Source: an uncultured bacterium (GTDB taxonomy: Bacteria; Bacillota; Clostridia; Oscillospirales; Acutalibacteraceae). From it: 34,455 nucleotides of DNA. This document shows, piece by piece, positions 9,953-19,083 of this stretch. The translations under genes and the position numbers were made by a program. The notes beneath the pieces were generated by a model. The model saw only the letters and a list, made by a program, of their open reading frames with translations. It ran no database searches and was not told the DNA's origin. How positions within the stretch are numbered: position 1 is the first letter of the stretch; each line of letters starts with the position of its first letter. The stretch is from assembly GCA_945949625.1 (NCBI GenBank), contig CAMFFI010000001.1:1-34455 (forward strand), read 5' to 3'.

Positions 9953-10324
9953 TTAATAGCAGTCTTCTATATCGGTAACGGTATACTTTGCAGCTTCATT
10001 AAGGGCAACAATAAATTTGCTTCTTGCCTTGTTGCTTCGGTAATCGTTGTCATCGTCAACAAAAGCGTGTTCTGCAATACCGTATGCAAGGGCGGTCTGC
10101 GTAATTGAATCGTGATAAGGAATCTCCTCTGAAAGCGTTTTAAGCCTCGGTGCAGTCAAAAGTTCTTCTTCACCGTTAAACCGTCTTATGCTGTTTTCAG
10201 TTTCAAGCGCTTCCGCTATTGCAAGGTTTACCCAACCTATTTTATAATCGTCAAGGTCAGGCACTTCGTTTTGAAGCTCCGGAACAAACGAAAGCGCCAA
10301 GTTATATACTTCCTGCCCTGTCAT
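9953..10324 (-). CDS. Probable head-tail adaptor
   Basis: MTGQEVYNLAL N-terminus and ALAYGIA C-terminal motif; ATGA overlap with the portal stop. Confidence 0.6.
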   Translation of the reverse strand: MTGQEVYNLALSFVPELQNEVPDLDDYKIGWVNLAIAEALETENSIRRFNGEEELLTAPRLKTLSEEIPYHDSITQTALAYGIAEHAFVDDDNDYRSNKARSKFIVALNEAAKYTVTDIEDCY

Positions 10325-11907
10325 ATCTGTTCACCAAGCCTTTCCTGCGCGTTTTGAATTGTTGTCATCGGGTCATACTGCCGATTTTGAACACCGTCGC
10401 CCATAATCTGCTGTGCCTGCTGCATTTGCTGTGCCTGCTGCATTTTTGCCATAACCGCAGGTTTATTGAATATATATTTATCGGGAATAGCGTCAAGATA
10501 AGCAATAGGGTCTGTTATAATTCCATTCTGTAATAGCTTATCCATAGTGTTTACCTGCGTAATCTCGTTGAAATAGCTTCCTCCGCCTATGTCTACTGAA
10601 AGCTGCATACGGTCATATTGAATCTTTCCAAAGTCAACATTTGCGGTAATGTCGTTTCCCGCGTCATCCGTAAACGAAACTTCGCGCACTCCGTAATTCT
10701 TTCTCATCATTTCAATAAGAATACGGACAACATCTTCAACAAACTGATAAAAAGCCTGTCTTTGAAGTTCAAGAGGTGCTGTCGCCGCTTTCTGAACAGC
10801 TATAATTGCCGAAGTGTTTTCGGGGTTCACGTTACCGAGAGCCGCGTCATTCGCTCCCATAAAGTCCTTTGTATATTCAACAACTTTATCAACAAGTATA
10901 CTAACGGTTCCATTCATATCTGCGGCTTTTGAAACGTCCATAACCGCAGAATTTACGTCTCCTACAACACCTATTGCCTGACCTATTTTATTTGACCACT
11001 TGTGAATCTTTGTCATATCATAGAAAAGTTTCGGGAATGCCATTCTTTTCTCGTGCTCAAGGCTCATAGCAAAAAGCTTGTTGACATAAACCTGATTGGG
11101 AATAAGACCGGTAATCGGGCTTTGACCGTGATAGCTGTTTTTAATTGTGTCCCAGTTCATCCACGAAACAGGATATTTTCTGTACCCTGTGTCCGTGTCG
11201 CCTTTAAGTTCCAAATCCTTTGTCGTACGCATAAAATGAACCGTGCCTTTTTCTTTCCACATATACACAAGTTCTGTAACAATTTCGCCCGAAGTATCTT
11301 TGTCCTCGCCGTAATATTCTTCGTCTCCGTCACTCTTTATGCTGTTAATTTTGTCCTTGCTCATTCCCTCGTCTTCAAGCTGTTCCTTAAAAACATCAAG
11401 CTTATGGCGCTTTACAAGAATTATATACGGCTGTTCGTCAACCTCTCGCTCAAATGGGTTTCCGAAAAGCATTTTTGTGTTGTCAACAACTTCAAGTTTC
11501 GGGTCATCGGAAGCATTGTCCCAAAATACATAAAGACAGCCGTCACCGTCAACCGCACAATTTCTCAAAACCTCTCGAAGACGTGTTTTTGTCTTTGTCT
11601 TTTCAAAAATGCGCTCAATTTCCGTCTTTATTATCTTGCACTCCGTCGAGGAACTTTCAGTCCTAACAAACGGTGTAAGCTGAACGGCAATGTCATCAGC
11701 TATAATCATTGCAATAAGGTAATTAACAACTCTTTTTATTATGTTGAAAGTTGTCTTGTCAATGTCCGGCGCTGTAACACCTTCCCATTGCCTACCTATA
11801 TAAAAGTTTTCATTCTGCTTTATGGTTTCCGCAAGGTCAATGCTGTCGTTATAGTCGGTGCATTTTTCATATGCTTTCCATATAGTTTCGGGTGTCTTGA
11901 TTTTCAA
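10321..11907 (-). CDS. Portal protein (P22-like)
   Basis: 528 aa; FYIGRQW, FNIIKRVVN, DGDG, G-x7-N-x-SAI and a Gln-rich C-terminus. Confidence 0.88.
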   Translation of the reverse strand: MKIKTPETIWKAYEKCTDYNDSIDLAETIKQNENFYIGRQWEGVTAPDIDKTTFNIIKRVVNYLIAMIIADDIAVQLTPFVRTESSSTECKIIKTEIERIFEKTKTKTRLREVLRNCAVDGDGCLYVFWDNASDDPKLEVVDNTKMLFGNPFEREVDEQPYIILVKRHKLDVFKEQLEDEGMSKDKINSIKSDGDEEYYGEDKDTSGEIVTELVYMWKEKGTVHFMRTTKDLELKGDTDTGYRKYPVSWMNWDTIKNSYHGQSPITGLIPNQVYVNKLFAMSLEHEKRMAFPKLFYDMTKIHKWSNKIGQAIGVVGDVNSAVMDVSKAADMNGTVSILVDKVVEYTKDFMGANDAALGNVNPENTSAIIAVQKAATAPLELQRQAFYQFVEDVVRILIEMMRKNYGVREVSFTDDAGNDITANVDFGKIQYDRMQLSVDIGGGSYFNEITQVNTMDKLLQNGIITDPIAYLDAIPDKYIFNKPAVMAKMQQAQQMQQAQQIMGDGVQNRQYDPMTTIQNAQERLGEQI

Positions 11908-12092
11908 TCTTTGTTCTGCCTCCCTCCGTCAAATGAAAGAAAGTTGTTCCATTGTTCTTCAATCGGAATTTTCCTGTCAGTTTCCTCTGCCTTGTCCGAA
12001 GATAAAAGCTTTACTTTTCTGATTTCGCTTTTAAAGTAAAGAAAAATTCCTGCGTCAACAATAAAAAGAAATATAATCAAAAACGCTGTCAA
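11904..12092 (-). CDS. Small membrane protein preceding portal
   Basis: N-terminal TM segment and EQWNNFLSFDG motif; GAGGTG RBS with TTG start. Confidence 0.7.
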   Translation of the reverse strand: MTAFLIIFLFIVDAGIFLYFKSEIRKVKLLSSDKAEETDRKIPIEEQWNNFLSFDGGRQNKD

Positions 12093-12117
12093 AGTTTAAT
12101 CACCTCATTTTCGGGCA

Positions 12118-12145
12118 TAAAAAAAGCGCTGAAATTCAGCGCTTA
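12118..12145 (-). terminator. Intrinsic terminator-like hairpin
   Basis: AAGCGCTGAA-A-TTCAGCGCTT inverted repeat followed by a U-run on the minus strand. Confidence 0.65.
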
Positions 12146-12162
12146 AAAAATCATATAAAGCA

Positions 12163-12192
12163 AAAAGCCCTATCTTTCGATAAGGCTTTTTT
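12163..12192. terminator. Bidirectional terminator-like hairpin
   Basis: AAAAAGCC-C-TATC-TTTC-GATA-A-GGCTTTTTT. Confidence 0.65.
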
Positions 12193-12212
12193 ACTTTGCA
12201 GTTTTCGCTGCA

Positions 12213-12314
12213 TTACCATTTCAATTTTTGCCGCCATTTTTCAGGCACTTGCTCAAATGCGTTTGCTTTCGCAAGGATTGCCGCAATTTTGATTGTATTG
12301 TCGTTAAGGCTCAT
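12213..12314 (-). pseudogene. Truncated tail-fibre-region gene (33 aa)
   Basis: GGAGGT RBS and ATG directly after the upstream stop; MSLNDNTIKIAAILAKANAF then unrelated residues and an early stop. Confidence 0.5.
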
Positions 12315-12863
12315 TTATCCTACCTCCACATAAAGCCCCACCAGCTCGGCAAGGGCGTTGTACACCGGCTGGCCGGTGTTGCGATTGCACAGGTACAGTA
12401 TATTGTTTTGTGTGTAATACTTGCCGCTCTGAAGCGCCATGTTGCCGTTGTATGGGATAGGGTCATACTTCGTGCCGTCATGGCTCTCGCAGATTTCCGT
12501 CCACAGGCTGGCGGCGTTTTCCGGCTCCCAGCCGTTTTGCGCTGTGTGAGCCTGTAGGCAGCGCCACAGCTTACCGCCACGATGCGCCTTATAGCCTGCT
12601 GTGTAAGCTTGTCCGGCAGACCACTCCGGGTAAAACTCCACCATCCGTAAAGCGGTGTTGTCGTCCACCGTCAGGGTGTTGATTTGCTGACGTACCAACA
12701 TCTCTTGCACTTCGGAAAAAGACAAGGGTCGGGTGCGCTCTAATACTTTGGCGTGCGCCGCGTCGCGGTCGGCTTGCTCTTGCAGTTCTGCAATTTCTTC
12801 GTCGGTCAACGGCGCCGGTTCCACGTACTCCCACTTTTTTGCTCGACAGTTAAACGCCTGCAT
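12315..12863 (-). CDS. Tail-associated protein with CBM5/12-like carbohydrate-binding domain
   Basis: W-x4-AY-x2-G-x6-GKLWRCLQAHT-x4-WEP and GT-x2-DPIPY motifs. Confidence 0.75.
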   Translation of the reverse strand: MQAFNCRAKKWEYVEPAPLTDEEIAELQEQADRDAAHAKVLERTRPLSFSEVQEMLVRQQINTLTVDDNTALRMVEFYPEWSAGQAYTAGYKAHRGGKLWRCLQAHTAQNGWEPENAASLWTEICESHDGTKYDPIPYNGNMALQSGKYYTQNNILYLCNRNTGQPVYNALAELVGLYVEVG

Positions 12864-14782
12864 TACTCAACCCACCTTTCCAGCTTCACCTTTGTCCCGC
12901 TGATAATTTTAAGGTAATCGCTACCGATAGCATTAATGTCATATGCAGTACCAATGAAGTGCGGTGAGGAGGTGGAATACAATTTCGCAATTTTCGTACC
13001 GTCAGAATTCAGAAAGTATGGTCTTAGTGCCCCTTCCGGCATAACGTAGGGAACCAACGGGCAGCAGAAGGAATTGTTTTTGAAATGGAAACTTGCATTT
13101 TGACTCGGAGCGTTAAAACCACACAGGATTTCCCCGACAATTCGGTAAGGGCTTTCCACTTCGGCAGTCACCTGCTGGTATGCCTGATACGCATTTCGGA
13201 TTTGTACATATCCTGTATTCCGCCCAAAATACGGGACTTCTGTTCCTAAAAAAGGTTTATCATACAAGGTCGCTGTCGGCTTAAATTGTCCGTCCAATGT
13301 GAGCCGTATTTTCTTGGCGTCAATATTGGTGACGGCAAGGCACGCTCCTTTACTGAATTTTACGTTGGTCGGAACAAACGTTGTGGGCGGCGTGACATTT
13401 ATCGAGAATGTTGTGTCTGATAGTTTAGTAACTGTCGCCCCGTCGGTATTTAGGATTGTGTTATATGCGACACCTTCCTTGGCGCATTGCTGGAAAAATA
13501 CATATTCCGTGTTCAATGCAAGATTATTGAGTTCACCTTCTGCGCATGTGAAAATACCTGTTTCAGAGTCGAAAGCCGTCGGGTTAATGACGTCCTGCTC
13601 CCATACGGTATCAAGAACTGTTTCCCAATGGCCGCCACCGCTTGGCATATCCGCCGCTTCCCACGCGGTCGGTTTCCCGCTTTCGTCAATCGCCTTTACC
13701 TTTACAGTCTGACCGACTGCCGCAGAGGTAAGCCCAAGAGAAATATCCGTGCCGCCGCTTCCGCCGCTCGGAATATTTACACTCAACGGTGCAGAGCCGT
13801 CATATGTTGCATTTACTGCGCCTGTGAATGTCAAAGCGTTAGGGTTTGGAAGGGCTTCCACAAAAGCGCTGATATCATTCACTTCACCATTCGATGTTAT
13901 TTCGATAATATTAGTACCAACCACTGCGCCCGTCTCATCATTAATGCACTGGATTAAGCCAAAATCCAGAGCGTCAGCCGTTAATGCTATAAGAGGGAGA
14001 CCGGTGCCGCCATATTCAACAATCACTGATGTTCCGGCAAGAATAGCATCCCTAATATCGAGGAATGTCTTATCCGCCGACAAAGTACCGTTGTTGTCAG
14101 TTACATGAACAATCAGCGCACCGGATGCCAGCTTTTCGGCAAACTCCGCCTCCGTGCCGGTGTATCCGCCGTCCTGTGCGTACTGGTAGGCGGTTTTTCC
14201 GTTAGTGCCGGGCTGCCCATCCGCCCCTTTCGGAATCCCAAGGTTAAGGGTAAGGTCTGGGCTTTCCCCCGTTATACTCGCCGTTGCGTTCTGCCCCGCA
14301 TCAAGTGTCGTAACAGAGCCTATGGTTAAGTTCGGCGTTGCTCCGGGGTCGCCTTTGTCACCCTTTGCGCCCGGGCTTCCCGGCTCGCCCTTTTCGCCCG
14401 GCTCACCTTTATCGCCTTTTGCGCCGGGACTGCCGGTGTCGCCTTTGTCGCCTTTTTCGCCGCGGCTCGGCTTGCCTGTGTCGTCGCTTCCAACAAACCA
14501 GTTTCCATTATCCCCAACATAGGGCGTTTTGCCGTCCTCACCGTCCTTGCCGGGCGCGCCCGCTGCGCCCGGCTCACCTTTCAGGGACGCAAGCCACTCT
14601 GTCTCCGTGCCGTTAAAGCCGTTTTCTTTTGCAATTTCATATGCGCTTTTTCCTCGGGGCAAATCCTCGCCAACGCTTGCCGCAGCGCCGCTTTCCTCGC
14701 TTACGCTCACTTCGTCCGCGGATATGACCGCGCCCTCCGTGCTCCCAAGGCTCGGCAGTCCGCTCTTTACCGCAATGCTCAT
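12863..14782 (-). CDS. Collagen-like tail fibre / receptor-binding protein
   Basis: Gly-X-Y tracts plus KSAYEIA-x3-GF-x-GTETEWLASLKG, KTAYQYAQDGGY and LPNPNALTFTG modules. Confidence 0.85.
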   Translation of the reverse strand: MSIAVKSGLPSLGSTEGAVISADEVSVSEESGAAASVGEDLPRGKSAYEIAKENGFNGTETEWLASLKGEPGAAGAPGKDGEDGKTPYVGDNGNWFVGSDDTGKPSRGEKGDKGDTGSPGAKGDKGEPGEKGEPGSPGAKGDKGDPGATPNLTIGSVTTLDAGQNATASITGESPDLTLNLGIPKGADGQPGTNGKTAYQYAQDGGYTGTEAEFAEKLASGALIVHVTDNNGTLSADKTFLDIRDAILAGTSVIVEYGGTGLPLIALTADALDFGLIQCINDETGAVVGTNIIEITSNGEVNDISAFVEALPNPNALTFTGAVNATYDGSAPLSVNIPSGGSGGTDISLGLTSAAVGQTVKVKAIDESGKPTAWEAADMPSGGGHWETVLDTVWEQDVINPTAFDSETGIFTCAEGELNNLALNTEYVFFQQCAKEGVAYNTILNTDGATVTKLSDTTFSINVTPPTTFVPTNVKFSKGACLAVTNIDAKKIRLTLDGQFKPTATLYDKPFLGTEVPYFGRNTGYVQIRNAYQAYQQVTAEVESPYRIVGEILCGFNAPSQNASFHFKNNSFCCPLVPYVMPEGALRPYFLNSDGTKIAKLYSTSSPHFIGTAYDINAIGSDYLKIISGTKVKLERWVE

Positions 14783-15117
14783 CCTGTCACCCCCGGTCTG
14801 TTGTAGTTGTGCCCGCAGGCAACGTTTATGCGCCTGCGTGGTATTTTTTTATATCCGCCGCTCGTCCATTCAAGCCAAATGTACGCCTTTTCATCGTCGT
14901 GAAAGTCATAGGTTTTCGCCGATGGTACAAACACCCAAAGCGTATATCCGTTACTGTCCAGCGTGAATATGTTGTCCGTGTTGGTGTCGGTATAACTGAC
15001 AACCGTGCTCTTGTCTGCATGCTGAAATTTTACCGTAATCGCCGTAACGGCGCTTATCTTGTCCGGAAGCGTGATTGAAAAAAGCTTATCCTCTCCCGGC
15101 ATAATATAAATTGCCAC
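14779..15117 (-). CDS. Tail-associated beta-rich protein (possibly BppU-like)
   Basis: 112 aa, GTG start, ATGA overlap with the fibre gene. Confidence 0.55.
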   Translation of the reverse strand: MAIYIMPGEDKLFSITLPDKISAVTAITVKFQHADKSTVVSYTDTNTDNIFTLDSNGYTLWVFVPSAKTYDFHDDEKAYIWLEWTSGGYKKIPRRRINVACGHNYNRPGVTG

Positions 15118-15129
15118 AGTAGCACCCCC

Positions 15130-15540
15130 TTACACTTCTAACCAGATGCCGGAAATATATATAGACTTGGAATTCATATACCCGCTGTTTACAAAATTTA
15201 TATATTTTTCCCCGGTCACTGCGGAAATATCAAATACCTTTGTTTCGAGCGTACTGGTATATTTTGTTTCATACCTCGTGAATGTATCCGCTTCGTTTCC
15301 ATATCCGTATTTGGCGCCGAATTCTGTGTCATTCCAAAGACTGATAGTAATATACAGCTTACTGAATCTCGAAAAATCCGTTTTTATTGAAAGATAGCCG
15401 GTTCTATCAATTAGAATATTATCGCTTCTTACCGAAACACCGTGTTCCCTTGCGACCGTTCCGTTTATTTTTGCAATCCCGCTTTGAAAGATATACTTAA
15501 CGCTGTCGCTGCTCATCAGCATTCTCCGTCTTGCTCTCAT
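15130..15540 (-). CDS. Tail-fibre tip-like protein
   Basis: MRARRRMLM start coupled to the upstream stop; FDISAVTGEKYI...IWLE C-terminus. Confidence 0.65.
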   Translation of the reverse strand: MRARRRMLMSSDSVKYIFQSGIAKINGTVAREHGVSVRSDNILIDRTGYLSIKTDFSRFSKLYITISLWNDTEFGAKYGYGNEADTFTRYETKYTSTLETKVFDISAVTGEKYINFVNSGYMNSKSIYISGIWLEV

Positions 15541-16331
15541 CAGCCCGCACCCCAGTTCTTCCAAAGGATATATCCTTTAAGACAGTCAAACTCCCAGGTT
15601 TCGCCGCCTGCCGCCTTTGTCGGGTCATCGCCGCCGGTTCTCGTGTATCCGCTCACCGTGACTGTCGGCGTGCCTGCCGCAAAGGTAATAAAGCCGTGGC
15701 AGTCGGTAGTTTCCGCCACTGTCAAAGAAAGGCTTGTAACCGCAGTAAATTTGTATTCCTTGTTGTTTTCGGCTGTCGCCGTCACCGCGCCGGAATTGAT
15801 CTTTTCCTCCGGCTTCGCTTCAAAATTTTTTTGCAGGTATGCAAGATTCACCGCGTCTGTTCCTGCTATCGGGTCTTTAACGGAAGTCGTTCCGCCGGAG
15901 TTGTCCACTCCGCTTGCTTTTATCGCACCGTCAATTACATATGTGATTTTGCCGCCGTTTACTGTCTTTGCTCCCGGCACGGCGCCTATATCCTCCGCTG
16001 AAATGGGGTCGCTTCCGCCTTTTTTGTGCTGCGCTGCGTGTGTTTTCGCCGCCGCTCCCACCTGCTCGGCGGTATAGTCCCCGGTCATAGCAGTCACCGC
16101 TCCGGCTCTGCCGAAAACAGACGAAACGCTGCCGGAAGCAAGCACTACCTGCTCAAGCGTTTCCCCGGAAACATATTTTTCGATGATTTCATTTATTTTC
16201 GGTATTGCAACGCTGCGCACGATTTCTTCAACCTTTGCCTGCATTTCCGCGGCAGAAAGCCCCGGAACATCCGGCTGTCCCTGCACGCCCTTTCCCTCAA
16301 GGTCTGCGTCCGTAATCTTATTTACTGCCAT
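15540..16331 (-). CDS. Tail fibre protein
   Basis: VSSVFGRAGAV, H-x3-H-x2-GGSDPI-x4-IGA and DAVNLAY fibre motifs. Confidence 0.75.
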   Translation of the reverse strand: MAVNKITDADLEGKGVQGQPDVPGLSAAEMQAKVEEIVRSVAIPKINEIIEKYVSGETLEQVVLASGSVSSVFGRAGAVTAMTGDYTAEQVGAAAKTHAAQHKKGGSDPISAEDIGAVPGAKTVNGGKITYVIDGAIKASGVDNSGGTTSVKDPIAGTDAVNLAYLQKNFEAKPEEKINSGAVTATAENNKEYKFTAVTSLSLTVAETTDCHGFITFAAGTPTVTVSGYTRTGGDDPTKAAGGETWEFDCLKGYILWKNWGAG

Positions 16332-16340
16332 ATTTCCACC

Positions 16341-18212
16341 TCACTTTTTGTATCTGCCGCTTTCAACATATTCAAGGGAAAAAGCGTATAAGCCGAAAGC
16401 TTTGTCTATTTCGTCGCATACAACGCGAAATCCTGCTTTGTCCACCTTTTTTATCTTTATTTTCGCTGTAACGGTTTTGTGCTCCGCGTTAGCGTGCCAA
16501 GTGAAATTACTCCAACTGATGGCAGACCACTGAAAGAACCCAAGCTTTGAACCCCATTCCTTCAATGTAGTCCACACGCCGTTCTTTTTGTATTCCAAGC
16601 GAAGCTTGTTTTGCGGAAAAGGCGCTGCTTGTATTGCCGCCGTCCTTATGGTTTTGTTCCGCCAAAAAAGGTTTCCGTCCATATCCGGAATCGTCCAGTA
16701 TGCCACTATTGCTTTGTTTCCGTCCTCGGAATAATCGTGATATACTCCGGGTATAAATTTGCATATATTGCCCTTTTCGTCGCCGAAACAGAGGTTTCCG
16801 CTTCCGTCCTCCCACAAAATCCGCGCGTTTATTCCTGTCCAAAGATAACATTCGTACTGATATGAGGAATACGGTTCGCCTCTTGAATAGCTTTTTTGGC
16901 TTGTATCAAGTAAATACAGCCTGTCTCCCTGGGCAATCACATAGTATTTCTGCCATCTTGCCGCTTCGCATTCTGCAATGCCGCCTTTTTCTTTCAGCGC
17001 TTCGTTTATGTAATAGCTTCGGTTCTGCGTATACATTGCGCCGTCCACCGTTGCCGCTGTAACGGCGTATACGCCGCGTTCAGTCAGAAATAAAGGCTCT
17101 GTTTCCATATACACAAAACTTCTCGGAGAGACGGCTTCTTCGCCTTGCAGAACATCCGTAACCGGAAATGTTTCTCGTTTATCTTCCGTCAGGGAATACT
17201 TGCGCATTATAATGCTTCTTCCGTCGTCCGCAGGTGCAATGTGCGTTGCCAAAAGCCCTTTTACAACGCTGTAACCGATAATGCGGTTGTTTTCGTTGCC
17301 TATGGCGGAATAGTTAAGGTCAGGAAAATATTCCGGCTTGTCCGCCATAGAAAAATAGTCGGTGTTTTTGCCGCTTCCGGAAACAAAAAGCCTGTTTTGA
17401 GTTCCTGCGGAGTTGTACGCAATAGCCTTATTGCAAAGGTTTATTCTGTCCGGGTAATCTCCCCAGTCTCTTGAAGCTGTAATATAAACATTATCTTCTC
17501 CGGTCAAAGGTGTTTTTCCCGGTGCGACAGTAAAAGTTATAATTCCGGTTTCGCGGTTTACAGAAAAATCCGTGCCCTCTTTCTTTTCGTCAAAGCCGCC
17601 GTTTTGGTTCAGCACGAGCACCGTAACCGGGTTATTGTCAAGGTTTGCAAACGAAAGCTGAAACTGCGTTGCCGCTGCAAGTGCTTCCGTAACGGTGAAT
17701 CTTTCCGTCCACTTTCGCCCGATAAGGTTTACATCTTCAAACGCAGTTCCGCCCGCCATTATGTTTTCCGCAATCGGATTGCGTGAAATAGTCACCGTGG
17801 GCACATACGCATCGTAGCTTATGGGGTAAATATCGTTTCCGTCACATTTCAAAGCACATAAGCCATCGAAAATATATAGATTTGTGCCGATTATCTGCCC
17901 AACGGATTTTTCATCATTTCCGCCCGCCCAACACTGTGTGCCGTCTATATAAAATTTCGTCCCCGCGTGAATAATTTCGTGTCCGTCAAGTTCCCACCGT
18001 CCGTTTATTCTCCCGGGGTATTTAGTCACAAGCCCGAAACCGTTTCGCTTTATCGGTTTGCCCAGCAAATCCGCAATCATATTCGGTGCGTCTGGGCTTC
18101 GGGAATTGTCGATGCTTGAAGGGGCGGACGAAAGGTCAACCCCTCTGAAAGCGTCAACAAGAAATACGTTTTTTCTTATGGTCGGGGCATCCCCGAAATC
18201 TATTTGTTTCAT
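16341..18212 (-). CDS. Tail nozzle / stabilisation protein (P22 gp10-like)
   Basis: 623 aa; FRGVD, RSPDAPNM and KRNG N-terminal motifs; beta-propeller-like composition. Confidence 0.78.
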   Translation of the reverse strand: MKQIDFGDAPTIRKNVFLVDAFRGVDLSSAPSSIDNSRSPDAPNMIADLLGKPIKRNGFGLVTKYPGRINGRWELDGHEIIHAGTKFYIDGTQCWAGGNDEKSVGQIIGTNLYIFDGLCALKCDGNDIYPISYDAYVPTVTISRNPIAENIMAGGTAFEDVNLIGRKWTERFTVTEALAAATQFQLSFANLDNNPVTVLVLNQNGGFDEKKEGTDFSVNRETGIITFTVAPGKTPLTGEDNVYITASRDWGDYPDRINLCNKAIAYNSAGTQNRLFVSGSGKNTDYFSMADKPEYFPDLNYSAIGNENNRIIGYSVVKGLLATHIAPADDGRSIIMRKYSLTEDKRETFPVTDVLQGEEAVSPRSFVYMETEPLFLTERGVYAVTAATVDGAMYTQNRSYYINEALKEKGGIAECEAARWQKYYVIAQGDRLYLLDTSQKSYSRGEPYSSYQYECYLWTGINARILWEDGSGNLCFGDEKGNICKFIPGVYHDYSEDGNKAIVAYWTIPDMDGNLFWRNKTIRTAAIQAAPFPQNKLRLEYKKNGVWTTLKEWGSKLGFFQWSAISWSNFTWHANAEHKTVTAKIKIKKVDKAGFRVVCDEIDKAFGLYAFSLEYVESGRYKK

Positions 18213-18228
18213 AACTGCCCCGCTTTCT

Positions 18229-19035
18229 TTACTTTCTCATTCGTGCGAGTTCCTTATCGTACTTTGCCTGCGCTTCCATAATGGCAAGCTTCATTCTCAT
18301 ATCAGCCATCTGCTGCGCAAGGTTCTGTTCGTTGCTGTTTACGCTGGTGTTATAGGTCTTCAAAAGGTCTGCAAGCTTCGCGTTTGCGTCCTGATAAAGG
18401 GCGTTTCTGTTGTTCTGATACTGGTTTCTGTTTCCTGCAAGGGTGCTTTCCGCAGCACCGCCGTTAATTCCTTGCGCCGCCATCTGCACAGGAAGTGCCT
18501 TGTCCGCCATCATTCTTGCTATATAAAGTTCACGAAGCTGATTTTCAATGTTTGCGTTAAGCTCCGCTTTTCCGGAATTATATACGTCAAGTGCGTTTTT
18601 GTTTGCAAGGTCGGTTGCATCTCTCAACTTTTGCTGCACTGAATCCACCATGGAAGGCTGCACGGCGGGGTTTGCTACTCCGGGCAGTGTTCCTGTTCCT
18701 CCGGCACTTCCGCCGCTTCCCCAACTTACGGAAGACGAACCTTTAACGGAAACGCCGGGTGCAATATCGGTGAAGCTGCCTCCCGAACCTCCAGAACCGC
18801 CACCAGAAGGTGGATTTTTTGCAGGAGGAACAGCAGGAGGATTATAGCCCGGGTTTTTATCTGGGCTAATTTCAGAATTATTATCTATTGCTGCTTTTGG
18901 AAAAGTAAGACGCGGAGCATAAATGCCATAATTTCTAACATAGTCAATAGGTCTTGTTCCCTGTGAAGCAGTTGTTCTTTTAAGAATGGAAGAAAGATAT
19001 GCGTTAGGAGCATTCTGTGTATTATTTATAGCCAA
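18229..19035 (-). CDS. Probable internal virion (ejection) protein
   Basis: Pro/Gly-rich linker then coiled coil with GINGGAAES; GGGAGGG RBS favours the TTG at 19035. Confidence 0.6.
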   Translation of the reverse strand: MAINNTQNAPNAYLSSILKRTTASQGTRPIDYVRNYGIYAPRLTFPKAAIDNNSEISPDKNPGYNPPAVPPAKNPPSGGGSGGSGGSFTDIAPGVSVKGSSSVSWGSGGSAGGTGTLPGVANPAVQPSMVDSVQQKLRDATDLANKNALDVYNSGKAELNANIENQLRELYIARMMADKALPVQMAAQGINGGAAESTLAGNRNQYQNNRNALYQDANAKLADLLKTYNTSVNSNEQNLAQQMADMRMKLAIMEAQAKYDKELARMRK

Positions 19036-19055
19036 TATTTTCCCTCCCATATACA

Positions 19056-19081
19056 AAATAAAGGGGGCATAAAGCCCCCAA
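19056..19081 (-). terminator. Terminator after the major capsid gene
   Basis: GGGGGC/GCCCCC stem with a U-rich tail on the minus strand. Confidence 0.7.
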
Positions 19082-19083
19082 TA

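Noticed and set aside
14338-14580. 9-nt periodic GC-rich repeats as a DNA element
   Set aside because: Fully explained by Gly-X-Y collagen coding in the tail fibre
15130-15260. Possible diversity-generating retroelement variable repeat at the C-terminus of the fibre-tip gene
   Set aside because: No adenine-variant template repeat and no reverse transcriptase seen in the window
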